In this document: in pieces, positions 19,444-28,666 of the stretch
Numbering within the stretch: position 1 is the first letter of the stretch
Layout: every line of letters begins with the position of its first letter
Origin: an uncultured Acidobacteriota bacterium
Lineage (GTDB): Bacteria > Acidobacteriota > Thermoanaerobaculia > Multivoradales > SZUA-115
Direction: 5' to 3'
DNA length: 64,000 nt
Assembly (NCBI GenBank): GCA_963805975.1
Contig: CAWDVR010000002.1
Coordinates: forward strand, 992,001 to 1,056,000
Made by a program: the position numbers and the translations under genes
The notes under the pieces: model-generated
The model's database searches: none
Seen by the model: the letters and a program-made list of their open reading frames with translations, nothing else
What the model was told of the DNA's origin: nothing

Positions 19444-21095
19444 GGGACCGCTCCCGCCGGCTTGCGGTCGTAGAGCCCCACGGTGCGCCGGTTGGCGACG
19501 AGGTAGCGCTCGACCGCACGCTGGACGTCTGCCGCGGACACCGCGAGGGCCCGCGCGGGGCCCTTCTCGACCGCCTGCCAGTCGCCGAAGCCGTCGGCCA
19601 TCAGGAGCTGCAGGAGGAGCGCCGAGGGCTCCTTCAAGCGCCGGTAGGCGTCGGCGGCGATCTGGTTCTTGACCTTGGCCAGCTCGGCCTCCGGCACCGG
19701 CTCGCGGCGCAGGCGCTCGAGCTCGCGGTCCCAGGCGGCGAGGAGGTCGGCGGGCCTGGCACCGCCCTTGGCCTCGGCCGCGAAGCTGAACGTGCCGGAC
19801 CAGCGCTGCGCCGCCTGCAGCACGAACGCCGAGGAGGCGATGCCCTGTTCCAGGACCAGGGCGCGGAAGAGCCGGCCGGTACGGCCGTTGAGCAGGCCGG
19901 CCAGCACCTCGAGCGCGGCCGTGTCGCGGTGCACGAAGGGCACGCTCTGGTAGAGCGCCTGCACCTGGGGCCGGCAATCGCAGGCCGCTTCCAGGCGTTG
20001 CTCGGCGAGCTGGAGCGGCGGCAGCGAGACCATCTCCGGTGGCGCCGGCCGCGCCGGCAGACGGCCGAAGTAGCGCTCGGCGAGCCGTTTCACCTCGGCG
20101 GCATCGAAGTTTCCCACCAGCACGGCCGTCAGGTTGCCGGGGCCGTAGTAGGAGGCGAAATGCTGCTCGGCATCCGCGCGCGAGAGCACCTTCAGGTCCC
20201 AGGGCCAGCCGAGCACCGGCCAGCCGTAGGGGTGGGAGCGCCAGAACAGGCTCTTCAACTGCTCGTCGAGGCGGCCCGTGGGGGTCGACTCGGTGCGCTG
20301 GCGACGCTCTTCCACCACCACCGCGCGCTCGGTGTAGAAGTCGCGGAACACGGGGCTCGCCAGGCGGTCGGACTCCATCCAGAACCACAGCTCGGCCTTC
20401 TCGGCCGGCAGGGTCAGGAAGTAGAGCGTCATGTCCTGGAGAGTGAGGGCGTTCAGGCCCTTGCCGCCGGCCTCGGTGTAGATGCGCCAGAGCTCGCCCG
20501 GCGAGGTCAGCGCCCGGTGCCGCTCGAGCTCGCGAGCGTAGCTCTGCTCGAGGCCCGCGAGGGCCTCGGTCGAGGCATCGCGGCCGTAGGGATCGGCGAG
20601 CTCTCCGCGGCGGGCCTTCTCCCGCAGCTTCGAGTACTCGCCGCGGATCGCCTCCTGCAAGCGCTCCTGCTCGTCGAGCGACAGGCGCTCCTTCTCGTGG
20701 TCGCGGGCACCGATCGTCTGCGTGCCCTTGAACAGCATGTGCTCGAGGAAGTGCGTCAGCCCGGTGATCCCCGGCCGCTCGTCGACCGAGCCCACGTGCG
20801 CCACCCAGCCGGCGGCCACGCTCGGCAGCTCCGGCCGCCGGACGAGGAGGAACCGCATGCCGTTGGCGAGCTGGAACTGCTCGACGGCGAGGGCCGGGGG
20901 GAGACTGGGGGGTTGGGCGGCGGCCGGGGTGCTCACGCCGAACGCAAGCGCGGCGGCGAGAAGGAACCACCCGAGCCCCTCACCCTGGCCCTCTCCCCGC
21001 GTGCGGGGAGAGGGGGCCGGACGGAGCCGACGGCCGGCACAGGTCCGGCCGCTACGTCCGTAGACGAGAGGGCCGGGGTGAGGGCACTTCTCCAC
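19440..21095 (-). CDS. M16 (insulinase) metallopeptidase catalytic subunit
   Basis: GLTHFLEHMLFKGT HxxEH motif, signal peptide; GTG start overlaps upstream TAG. Confidence 0.9.
   Translation of the reverse strand: MEKCPHPGPLVYGRSGRTCAGRRLRPAPSPRTRGEGQGEGLGWFLLAAALAFGVSTPAAAQPPSLPPALAVEQFQLANGMRFLLVRRPELPSVAAGWVAHVGSVDERPGITGLTHFLEHMLFKGTQTIGARDHEKERLSLDEQERLQEAIRGEYSKLREKARRGELADPYGRDASTEALAGLEQSYARELERHRALTSPGELWRIYTEAGGKGLNALTLQDMTLYFLTLPAEKAELWFWMESDRLASPVFRDFYTERAVVVEERRQRTESTPTGRLDEQLKSLFWRSHPYGWPVLGWPWDLKVLSRADAEQHFASYYGPGNLTAVLVGNFDAAEVKRLAERYFGRLPARPAPPEMVSLPPLQLAEQRLEAACDCRPQVQALYQSVPFVHRDTAALEVLAGLLNGRTGRLFRALVLEQGIASSAFVLQAAQRWSGTFSFAAEAKGGARPADLLAAWDRELERLRREPVPEAELAKVKNQIAADAYRRLKEPSALLLQLLMADGFGDWQAVEKGPARALAVSAADVQRAVERYLVANRRTVGLYDRKPAGAVP
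20975..21085. repeat. composite palindromic element (CCCTCACCC family enclosing a GTAG REP)
   Basis: CCCTCACCCTGGCCCTCTCCCCGCGTGCGGGGAGAGGG ... GAGAGGGCCGGGGTGAGGGC arms around REP at 21029-21056. Confidence 0.8.
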
Positions 21096-22699
21096 TACCT
21101 CGCCTCCGCCACCTCGGGCGTGAGCGCCTGCGCCACGAACTCCGCCAGGTCCGCCCGCAGCTTCTCGAGCGACGGCTTGTGGACGTACATCATGTGGCCG
21201 GCCTCGTAGTAGCGCAGGGTCACGTTGTCTTCGAGCGACGGGTCGAGGCCGAGGTGGGAGAAGGTGTACTCGGTGGCGAAGAACGGCGTCGCGAGGTCGT
21301 AGTAGCCGTTGCCCACGAAGACCCGGAGCGCCGGGTTCCGGGTCATCGCCTGCCGCAGCCGCTCGGCAACGTTCACGTACTGGTTCTCCTGGGTGCCCCA
21401 GTCCCACGGCCGCACGCGGTCGGTGAGGATCTCGTAGGGCAGATCGGTCTCGTAGCCGAGCTCGCGCCGCACGTAGTCGTTGAACGCTCCCCCGTACGGG
21501 CCCCGGATCGCCTCCATGCTCGGGTCGTACTCGTACTCTTCGCCGGCGGCGTCCCGGTCGATGCCAGTGAAACGGCTGTCGAGCCGCCCGGTGGTACGCC
21601 GTTCGGCCCGGCGCAGCTCCTTGGTGAAACGGTCGATGTAGATGCGCAGGTTGGTCTGCTCCACATACTCCTGGGAGAGGCCGGTGTAGCGCGCGAGGCG
21701 TGCGGCGATCGCCTGGCGCTCGGCCGCCGGCAGGTCCTTGCCCTTCATCAACGCCAGGGTGTAGTCCGTCGAAGCGAACTTCCGCACCTCGGCGAGGGTG
21801 GCCGTGAGGTCGCGCTGGAGCTCCGGCGCGAGCTTGCCGTGGTACCAGGCCGTGGCGGTGTAGGTGGGGAGGAAGAGGACGTAGGGCAGGTCGTTGCCGA
21901 TAGCGAAGCGCGCCGTCTGGAAGTTGAGGATCGAGGAGATCAGCATCACCCCGTTGAAGTACATTCCGTACTCGTCCTGCAGGTGCTGTACCAGCGCCGC
22001 GGCACGGGTGGTGCCGTAGCTCTCGCCGGCCAAGAACTTGGGAGAGGCCCAGCGTTGGTTGCGGGTCGTCCACAGCCGGATCAGCTTGCCCACCACTTCC
22101 ACGTCCGGCTCCAGGCCGTGGAACTGCTTGTCGTCGACACCGGGCACGGAGCGGCTGAAACCCGTGGTCACAGGGTCGATGAACACCAGGTCGGCGAGGT
22201 CGAGGAGCGAATACTCGTTGTCGACCAGGCGGTAGGGCGGCGGCAGCGCGAAGCCATCGTCGGTCATCGGCACGCGCCGCGGGCCGAAGAGGCCCATGTG
22301 CAGCCAGATCGACGACGAGCCGGGCCCGCCGTTGAACGAGAACAGCACCGGCCGCTTGCCGGGATCGCTCTCGCCGTCCTTGCCCTGTCCGTCTTTGATA
22401 TAGGAGACGAAGAAGAGGTTGGCCTTGGGGGTGCCATCCTCCTCCTTGATCAGGTAGTTGCCCGCAGTGGCCGTGTAGCGCACCACCTTGCCGCCGATCC
22501 TGACCTCGTGCGAGGTCGAGGACAGCACCTCCTTGGGGACAGGGAGGTCTTTCTTTTCCTTGTCGTCGGCCTTCTCTCGCGGCTCGGAGCCCCTTCCGGG
22601 TTGCCCTTGAGCCGCGAGCGGGCTCCCATCGGCCGAGAAGAGCCAAGCCAGAGCCAAGACACCCGTGATCCACGAACGCACCCCTCGACTCGATCGCAT
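21095..22699 (-). CDS. S10-family serine carboxypeptidase, secreted
   Basis: FNGGPGSSS, GESYG, YYDLATP, AGHMMY; signal peptide. Confidence 0.93.
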   Translation of the reverse strand: MRSSRGVRSWITGVLALAWLFSADGSPLAAQGQPGRGSEPREKADDKEKKDLPVPKEVLSSTSHEVRIGGKVVRYTATAGNYLIKEEDGTPKANLFFVSYIKDGQGKDGESDPGKRPVLFSFNGGPGSSSIWLHMGLFGPRRVPMTDDGFALPPPYRLVDNEYSLLDLADLVFIDPVTTGFSRSVPGVDDKQFHGLEPDVEVVGKLIRLWTTRNQRWASPKFLAGESYGTTRAAALVQHLQDEYGMYFNGVMLISSILNFQTARFAIGNDLPYVLFLPTYTATAWYHGKLAPELQRDLTATLAEVRKFASTDYTLALMKGKDLPAAERQAIAARLARYTGLSQEYVEQTNLRIYIDRFTKELRRAERRTTGRLDSRFTGIDRDAAGEEYEYDPSMEAIRGPYGGAFNDYVRRELGYETDLPYEILTDRVRPWDWGTQENQYVNVAERLRQAMTRNPALRVFVGNGYYDLATPFFATEYTFSHLGLDPSLEDNVTLRYYEAGHMMYVHKPSLEKLRADLAEFVAQALTPEVAEAR

Positions 22700-22808
22700 A
22701 GTTCGCCCCCTTTAGTCCGTTCGATCCGGCCATCCGCCAGGAGACGAACCGCACGAACCCTATCGCCTACGAATGTAGGAGGTCAACGTCCATCACAAAA
22801 GGCCGGGC

Positions 22809-24029
22809 TCAGTACCGCGGCACACTGGGGTCGATCTCGAGGCTCCAGTCGTGAATGCCGCCGGCCAGGTTGACGGCGGAGTAGCCGCGCGAGCGCAGGA
22901 GCTGGGTGGCTTGCAGGGAGCGCGCGCCGTGGTGGCAGTGGGCGACGTAGAGCTCGCCAGGATCGAGCTCGTCCAGGCGCTGGGGCAGCTCGGGCAAGGG
23001 GATGAGCGTCGAGCCCTCGATGCGGCCGATCTGCCACTCGGGGGGGTTGCGCACGTCGAGGATGGTGAGCTTCTTGCCGGCGTCGAGCCAGGCCTTGAGC
23101 TCGCGCGTGGAGATCTCGAGCGGCAGGTCGCTGTCCTTCATGATTTCCTCCGTGGTCCCGGGCGATTCCTCCGCCACACCCCGGCCCAGGCCGCAGAACT
23201 GTTCGTAGTCGATGAGCTCGGTGAGCGTCGGATGGTCGGAGCATACCGGGCAGGCCGGGTCCTTGCGCAGCTTGAGCTCGCGGAAGCGGAGCTTCAGGGC
23301 GTCGAAGAGCACCAGCCGGCCGATGAGCGGCTCGCCCACGCCGACGATCAGCTTGATCGCCTCGTTGGCCTGGAGGGCGCCGATGATCCCCGGCAGCACG
23401 CCGAGCACGCCGCCCTCGGCGCAGGAGGGCACCAAGCCGGGCGGCGGCGGCTCCGGGAACAGGCAGCGGTAGCAGGGCCCGCGCGCGCCCCAGAACACCG
23501 ACACCTGGCCCTCGAAGCGGAAGATCGAGCCGTAGACGTTCGGCTTGCCGGTCATCACGCAGGCGTCGTTGACGAGATAACGGGTGGGGAAGTTGTCCGT
23601 GCCGTCGGCCACCAGGTCGTAGTCGCGGAAGAGCGCGAGCGCGTTCTCGGAGGACAGCCGCGTGGCGTGCGGCTCGAAACGGATCAGCGGGTTGATCTCG
23701 CGCAGGCGATCGACCGCCGCCTCGATCTTGGGCCGCCCGAGGTCTCTCTGGCCGTAGAGGAGCTGGCGCTGGAGGTTCGACTCGTCGACCACGTCGAACT
23801 CCACCAGGCCCAGCGTGCCCACACCGGCCGCGGCGAGATAGAGCCCGAGAGGCGAGCCCAGCCCGCCGGCGCCGATCATCAGCACGCGCGCCTGCTTGAG
23901 CCGCTTCTGCCCCTCGACCCCGACCTCCGGCATGATCAGGTGGCGGCTGTAGCGACGGATCTCCTCGGCCGAGAGCTCGACCTCCGGAGCACCGGCCAGG
24001 ACCGGGCTCTCGGTGGCGAGGGCGGTCAT
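22809..24029 (-). CDS. moeZ: MoeB/MoeZ adenylyltransferase with C-terminal rhodanese domain
   Basis: RYSRH, GAGGLG, SNLQRQ, CYRC, LDVRNPPEW, CHHGARS. Confidence 0.93.
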   Translation of the reverse strand: MTALATESPVLAGAPEVELSAEEIRRYSRHLIMPEVGVEGQKRLKQARVLMIGAGGLGSPLGLYLAAAGVGTLGLVEFDVVDESNLQRQLLYGQRDLGRPKIEAAVDRLREINPLIRFEPHATRLSSENALALFRDYDLVADGTDNFPTRYLVNDACVMTGKPNVYGSIFRFEGQVSVFWGARGPCYRCLFPEPPPPGLVPSCAEGGVLGVLPGIIGALQANEAIKLIVGVGEPLIGRLVLFDALKLRFRELKLRKDPACPVCSDHPTLTELIDYEQFCGLGRGVAEESPGTTEEIMKDSDLPLEISTRELKAWLDAGKKLTILDVRNPPEWQIGRIEGSTLIPLPELPQRLDELDPGELYVAHCHHGARSLQATQLLRSRGYSAVNLAGGIHDWSLEIDPSVPRY

Positions 24030-24310
24030 CGCGCGCCACCCCCGGCGATCGACGGAATGATGAGCACCGTGTCGCCGGCCCGCACCGGGGTGGCATCGCC
24101 CTCCAGGTGACGGGCGTCCTCGTCGTTGACGAAGACGTTGACGAAGCTGCGCCGGACGCCGGCCTCGGTGAAAAGATGGCGGGTCAGCGCGGGGAAGCGG
24201 CCCACCATCGCCTGCAGGGCCTCGCCGACCGTCGCCGCCTCGACCTCGATCTCCCCCTGGCCGTCGGCGAAGCCGCGCAAGGGAGTGGGAATCTGGATCT
24301 TCACACTCAT
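24026..24310 (-). CDS. MoaD/ThiS/CysO ubiquitin-like sulfur carrier
   Basis: IPTPLR, FVNVFVNDED, IIPSIAGG followed by GAR extension. Confidence 0.9.
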   Translation of the reverse strand: MSVKIQIPTPLRGFADGQGEIEVEAATVGEALQAMVGRFPALTRHLFTEAGVRRSFVNVFVNDEDARHLEGDATPVRAGDTVLIIPSIAGGGAR

Positions 24311-24319
24311 CCGTCCATG

Positions 24320-24772
24320 CTACCGCGCGAGGGCCGCGGCCGGCTCGCTGACCGCTTCCTCCTCGAAGCGCTGGCGGTCATCGGCCAGGCGCCAGCTCCG
24401 CGCCGCCGCGGCGCTGCCCTTCTCGACCGACACGATCAAGTAGGAGAGCCCCGGCCAGGCGTGCTCGCGGTCGAACTCGCTCGGCTGCGCCGGGTGGTCC
24501 GGGTGCGAGTGGTAATAGCCCAGCACCTCCAGGTTCTTGGAGCGCGCCTGCTTGTGGGCCGCGAGCACCACCTCGGGTGAGATGACGAAACGGTTGTGGC
24601 GGCTCTCGGCGCGCTCGTTTCTCGCCGGCAGAACCTGTTCCACGAGCGCCCCCTCCTCACCGTCGGCGAGCAGCCGGCCGATCAGCACGCCGCAGCACTC
24701 CTCGGGGTAGGTGGCCTCGGCGTGGCGCTCGATGCCGGTCAGGTGTCTTGGAGTGAGGACCAATCGTTTCAT
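24320..24772 (-). CDS. JAMM/MPN+ (M67, Mec-like) metallopeptidase
   Basis: YPEECCG and YHSHPDHPAQPSEFD motifs. Confidence 0.93.
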   Translation of the reverse strand: MKRLVLTPRHLTGIERHAEATYPEECCGVLIGRLLADGEEGALVEQVLPARNERAESRHNRFVISPEVVLAAHKQARSKNLEVLGYYHSHPDHPAQPSEFDREHAWPGLSYLIVSVEKGSAAAARSWRLADDRQRFEEEAVSEPAAALAR

Positions 24773-24821
24773 GGCAGAAGAGGCTCCGCGGTGGATGGGT
24801 GTCGAGACAGAGGAAGGGTGG

Positions 24822-25814
24822 CTAGCTCGCGGTCCAGAACGGATCGGACAGGTACTTCTCGGCGCCGTCGCAGAGGATGGTCACGATCACTCCCTCCGCG
24901 AGCCGCTCCGCGAGGGCCAGCGCCGAGGCGACGTTGGCGCCCGAGGACACTCCCACCAGCAGGCCGTGCTCGCGGGCGAGGCGCCGCACCATGGCGTACG
25001 CATCTTCGGTGGCGATCGTCCACGCCTCGTCGGCCAAGCCGGCGTCGTAGATCGCCGGCACCAGGGCGGTCGCCATGTGCTTCATGCCCTCGAGCCCGTG
25101 GATCGGCGACTCGGGCTCGACCGAGATCAGCGCCACTTTCCGTGAGCCGGCTGAAGGCGCCACGCTCCGCAAGTAGCGGCCGACCCCGACAAAAGTGCCG
25201 CTGGTGCCCAATCCGGTGACGAAGTGCGTGATCCCGCCCGCCGTCTGGAGCCAGATCTCGGGGCCCGTGGTGCGGAAGTGGGCGCGCCAGTTCTCAGGGT
25301 TGCCGTACTGGTCGAGGTAGACGAAGCGGTCGGGGTGAGCCTCGGCCAACCGGCGCGCTTCGCGGATGGCGCCGTCGCTGCCCTCGAGCGGGTCCGTGGC
25401 CACGACCTCGGCGCCATAAGCGGCGAGGATCTGCCGGCGCTCGCGGCTCGCGTTGCCGGGCAGGCAGAGGGTGACCCCGAGGCCCCGCGCCGCGCCGATC
25501 ATGGCGAGCGCGATGCCGGTGTTGCCCGAGGTGGCGTCGAGGATGCGCCGGCCGCCGGTCAGGAGGCCGCGGGCGAGGGCGTCCTCCACCATGGCGAGGG
25601 CGGGCCGGTCCTTGACCGAGCCTCCGGGGTTGGCGAGCTCGGCCTTGGCGTAGAGCTTCACCCCGGCCCGACCGACGATTCCGGAGAGGTCGAGGAGCGG
25701 CGTCTCGCCGATCCTCTCGAGCTGCGTGAGCGCAAGGGGAACCGGGAGAGCAAGGGTCTCGGCGGGCGGGCTCATGGGCGGCGGCACACTAGCAAAGGTG
25801 ACTGGATGAGTCAT
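24822..25814 (-). CDS. PLP-dependent cysteine synthase (CysM-like)
   Basis: NPGGSVKDR, ATSGNTG, GLGTSGT, GVSSGA. Confidence 0.92.
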   Translation of the reverse strand: MTHPVTFASVPPPMSPPAETLALPVPLALTQLERIGETPLLDLSGIVGRAGVKLYAKAELANPGGSVKDRPALAMVEDALARGLLTGGRRILDATSGNTGIALAMIGAARGLGVTLCLPGNASRERRQILAAYGAEVVATDPLEGSDGAIREARRLAEAHPDRFVYLDQYGNPENWRAHFRTTGPEIWLQTAGGITHFVTGLGTSGTFVGVGRYLRSVAPSAGSRKVALISVEPESPIHGLEGMKHMATALVPAIYDAGLADEAWTIATEDAYAMVRRLAREHGLLVGVSSGANVASALALAERLAEGVIVTILCDGAEKYLSDPFWTAS

Positions 25815-25851
25815 CTTTAGGTCTGCCCCGGCGTTGCGTTAACCTGCCGCG

Positions 25852-26505
25852 ATGGACGACAGCATCCGCAGCGGCGAAACACGCATCCCCCCTGGTCAGT
25901 ACGTATCGAAGAAATGGCCGGTCCTGACCTACGGCGCCACCCCGGAAGTCGACCTCGCGGAATTCCGATTCAAGATCTCCGGGCTGGTGGCGGCAGAGCT
26001 GACGTGGAGCTGGGCGGAGCTCCAGGCCCTGCCCCGCTTCGCGGTGACGGCCGACTTCCACTGCGTCACCCGCTTCTCCACCCTCGACAACCCGTGGAGC
26101 GGGTTCGCGACGCGCGAGATCCTCCGCCACGTGCAGGTGGACCCCGAGGTAAGCCACGTTCTCGTCCACTGCTACGGCGGCTACACCACCAACCTGCCGC
26201 TCGAAGATTTCCTCTCCGACCGCGCCCTCCTGGCCGACCGTCACGACGGCAGGCCGCTCGCCGTGGAGCACGGCGGGCCGCTGCGCCTGGTGGTGCCGCA
26301 CCTCTATGCCTGGAAGAGCGCCAAGTGGGTGAAGGGCCTGGAGCTCCTGGCCGCCGACCAGCGCGGCTTCTGGGAGGAGAACGGCTACCACACCTACGGC
26401 GACCCCTGGCGCGAGGAGCGCTTCAGCTTCCAGGAGATCACCAAGGCCGCCGACGCCAGAAAGCGCGCCCGCGAGCTGGGCATCGTGCCGCGGGAGAAGG
26501 GGTAG
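25852..26505 (+). CDS. sulfite oxidase-like molybdopterin oxidoreductase
   Basis: PPGQ, DFHCVTRFS, EHGGPLRLVVPHLYAWKSAKW, GFWEENGYH. Confidence 0.92.
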   Translation: MDDSIRSGETRIPPGQYVSKKWPVLTYGATPEVDLAEFRFKISGLVAAELTWSWAELQALPRFAVTADFHCVTRFSTLDNPWSGFATREILRHVQVDPEVSHVLVHCYGGYTTNLPLEDFLSDRALLADRHDGRPLAVEHGGPLRLVVPHLYAWKSAKWVKGLELLAADQRGFWEENGYHTYGDPWREERFSFQEITKAADARKRARELGIVPREKG

Positions 26506-26509
26506 GCGC

Positions 26510-27367
26510 CTACACCGGCAGCGCCACCGGCTGCAGAACCGAGGCGAGGATCGCGGCCAGAGTGGCGACGATGCAGACGAGGGCGACGACGGTGTGGCCG
26601 ATCTTCTCGGGCTTGGCCGGGTCGAGGAGGCGGGCGGCGAGCCAGCCGCCGAGAAAGCCCCCCAGGTGGGCCCAGTTGTCGATGCCCTGGCCGCCGACCA
26701 TGCCCCACACGAAGAGGAACACGGCCCAGCCCAGAAGGTCGCGGGCGATGTGGGTGGCGCCGTGCCGGCGCCCGTAGTAGACGGCCGCGGCGAGCAGGCC
26801 GAAGATCGCCGCCGAGGCCCCTACCGAATAGCCGCCGCCCCCCATCAGGAAGCGGAGCCAGGAGAGGTACAGAGGCGCCACCGTGGTGAGCAGGAACCCG
26901 GCGGCCGTGGCCACGGTGTAGAGGATCACCGTGCGCGCGCCGCCGAAGGCGCTCACCACCAGCGGGCCCAGCGAGCGGATCCACATCACGTTGAAGAGGA
27001 TGTGGAGCGCGTCGCCGTGCAACCAGCCGGCCGAGAGCACGGTCCACCAGCGGCCGTACTCGAGCACCGGGTAGACGCCGCTCGCCCCAAAGCGGAACAG
27101 GCTCTCGGGCGATGGCCGCAGGAAGGAGAACCCGCGGTTGGTGATGCCGGGTGGGTCGGAAACCAGCGTCAGCAGGTAGAGGCCGACGCAGGCGGCGATC
27201 ACCACCTGGGTGAAGCCGATGTCGATCTCCAGCCGCCGCAGCGCCGGGGCGAAGCCGAAGAGCGAGGGGCTTCTCGCACCGCAGTGCGGGCAGCGCGCCT
27301 CGCCCACGCCGACCAGCCGGCCGCAGGAGCGGCAGACCACGGACCCCGTTCGCTTGCGACCCAGCAT
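26510..27367 (-). CDS. rhomboid intramembrane serine protease with N-terminal zinc ribbon
   Basis: CRSC..CPHC, H..FN, GASAA, AHLGG. Confidence 0.9.
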   Translation of the reverse strand: MLGRKRTGSVVCRSCGRLVGVGEARCPHCGARSPSLFGFAPALRRLEIDIGFTQVVIAACVGLYLLTLVSDPPGITNRGFSFLRPSPESLFRFGASGVYPVLEYGRWWTVLSAGWLHGDALHILFNVMWIRSLGPLVVSAFGGARTVILYTVATAAGFLLTTVAPLYLSWLRFLMGGGGYSVGASAAIFGLLAAAVYYGRRHGATHIARDLLGWAVFLFVWGMVGGQGIDNWAHLGGFLGGWLAARLLDPAKPEKIGHTVVALVCIVATLAAILASVLQPVALPV

Positions 27368-27402
27368 GAGGCCGGGAGCTTACAGGATAGGCGCCCGCCC
27401 CT

Positions 27403-27723
27403 TCACTTGACGAAGATACTGATCACGCCCGAGGCGGCGAAGAGCAGGATCACGACCAGGGTGACCCAGTGGTCCACATTGGCGACCGTACCGCCGAAGG
27501 AGAACTTCTTGGCCGGCGGCTCGAACTCGATCTTGGGCAGGCTGGTGGCGCCGTTGACCCAGGCAAGCACCGAGGCGACGATGGCGGAGATGCCGAAGGG
27601 GATGAGGGCGATCTTCTTCGTCACCGCACCGACGATGATCATCGTCAGGCCGGCGGCGATGATGAGCACGAAGCCCAGCCAATTAGGGATCCAGGAGAGG
27701 AGGGTGGCGATGGCCTGCCGCAT
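27403..27723 (-). CDS. small membrane protein
   Basis: Three hydrophobic helices; AAAGGA SD upstream. Confidence 0.7.
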   Translation of the reverse strand: MRQAIATLLSWIPNWLGFVLIIAAGLTMIIVGAVTKKIALIPFGISAIVASVLAWVNGATSLPKIEFEPPAKKFSFGGTVANVDHWVTLVVILLFAASGVISIFVK

Positions 27724-27798
27724 GAGAGATTTCCTTTCGTTGTCGATCGCTAGATCGGGGTTGGGTTCACCTGGGTTGGGTGAGCTGGCGCACCGCCT

Positions 27799-27827
27799 GT
27801 TACAAATCGCGCCCGGGACCGCCTAAG
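27799..27827 (+). promoter_or_regulatory. CIS-associated promoter-like motif, copy 1
   Basis: GTTAC-N17-GCCTAAG, 13 nt before ATG 27841. Confidence 0.55.
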
Positions 27828-27840
27828 ACCTCGAGCCTCG

Positions 27841-28620
27841 ATGGACAAGCTGCGCACGCCCTTCTTCGTCATCGCCCTGGTGCTCGCCGCGCTCGCCGTG
27901 GCGAGCGAGGTGGGCTCGTGCGCGGTGGTGAAGAAGTCGCCGGTCTCGGCGGCCGACCTGCAATCGATCGTCGACGGCGCCGACCTGCCCGACGACGCCG
28001 AGCTCGATGGCGGCGACCTCGCCAAGCTGCGCCGCGAGAAGCCCTCGCCGCCCGGCCTCGGCATCCCGGCGCTCTGGGTGCTGGACCTCCTGGTGCTGTT
28101 CACCATGGGACTGATCGGCTCGGCGCTGCTGCTGCCGGACCGGATGCAGGGGCGGGTCCAGGGTTGCGCGACCCTGATCGTGTCTTTCCTGCTGCTCCTC
28201 GCCGGGATCCGGATCCTCTTCCTCGCCCTGGGCAAGCTCCTGATCATGCTCGCCCTGCTGCTCGCGGTGCCGTTCGGCACCATCGCCTACATGGCGATCT
28301 ACGGCTTCTTCAACAAGGGCGGCGCGGCGGCCGTGCTCTCGCTGCTGATGCTCCTGAAGATCGTGCTCGTGGTGCTGCTGATCCTCGCCCACCAGCGCTT
28401 CCTGCAGAACAAGGGGCTGGTGCTGATCCTCCTCTTCTCGCTCCTCGCCACCTGGCTGACCGGCTTCCTGCATGCCTTCGTGCCGGGGGTCCTGGCCTCG
28501 ATCACCGACGCCGTGGCGGCGATCGTCAACGGCTGCCTCGGTGCGGTGTGGGCGCTCCTCTTCCTGATCGGCTCGCTGGTCTCGATCTACAAAGTGCTGC
28601 GCATCGACCGGGCGACGTAA
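27841..28620 (+). CDS. polytopic membrane protein, probably CIS-associated
   Basis: About 7 hydrophobic segments; converges on the CIS operon and shares its upstream motif. Confidence 0.8.
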   Translation: MDKLRTPFFVIALVLAALAVASEVGSCAVVKKSPVSAADLQSIVDGADLPDDAELDGGDLAKLRREKPSPPGLGIPALWVLDLLVLFTMGLIGSALLLPDRMQGRVQGCATLIVSFLLLLAGIRILFLALGKLLIMLALLLAVPFGTIAYMAIYGFFNKGGAAAVLSLLMLLKIVLVVLLILAHQRFLQNKGLVLILLFSLLATWLTGFLHAFVPGVLASITDAVAAIVNGCLGAVWALLFLIGSLVSIYKVLRIDRAT

Positions 28621-28641
28621 TCGCCCCCCACCGGAAGCCCT

Positions 28642-28662
28642 GCCGGGGGCTCGAGCCCCGGC
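28642..28662. terminator. GC-rich hairpin between convergent genes
   Basis: GCCGGGG...CCCCGGC inverted repeat; no U tract. Confidence 0.4.
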
Positions 28663-28666
28663 GGAG

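Noticed and set aside
17878-22754. 1030-aa and 1104-aa ORFs as giant fusion proteins
   Set aside because: Real genes are sub-segments with overlapping start/stop junctions; the extensions are Arg/Ala-rich shadow frames
26510-27367. Rhomboid as a sheddase for the CIS adaptors
   Set aside because: Only proximity supports it; it lacks the CIS motif, and rhomboids usually cut N-out substrates while the adaptors look N-in
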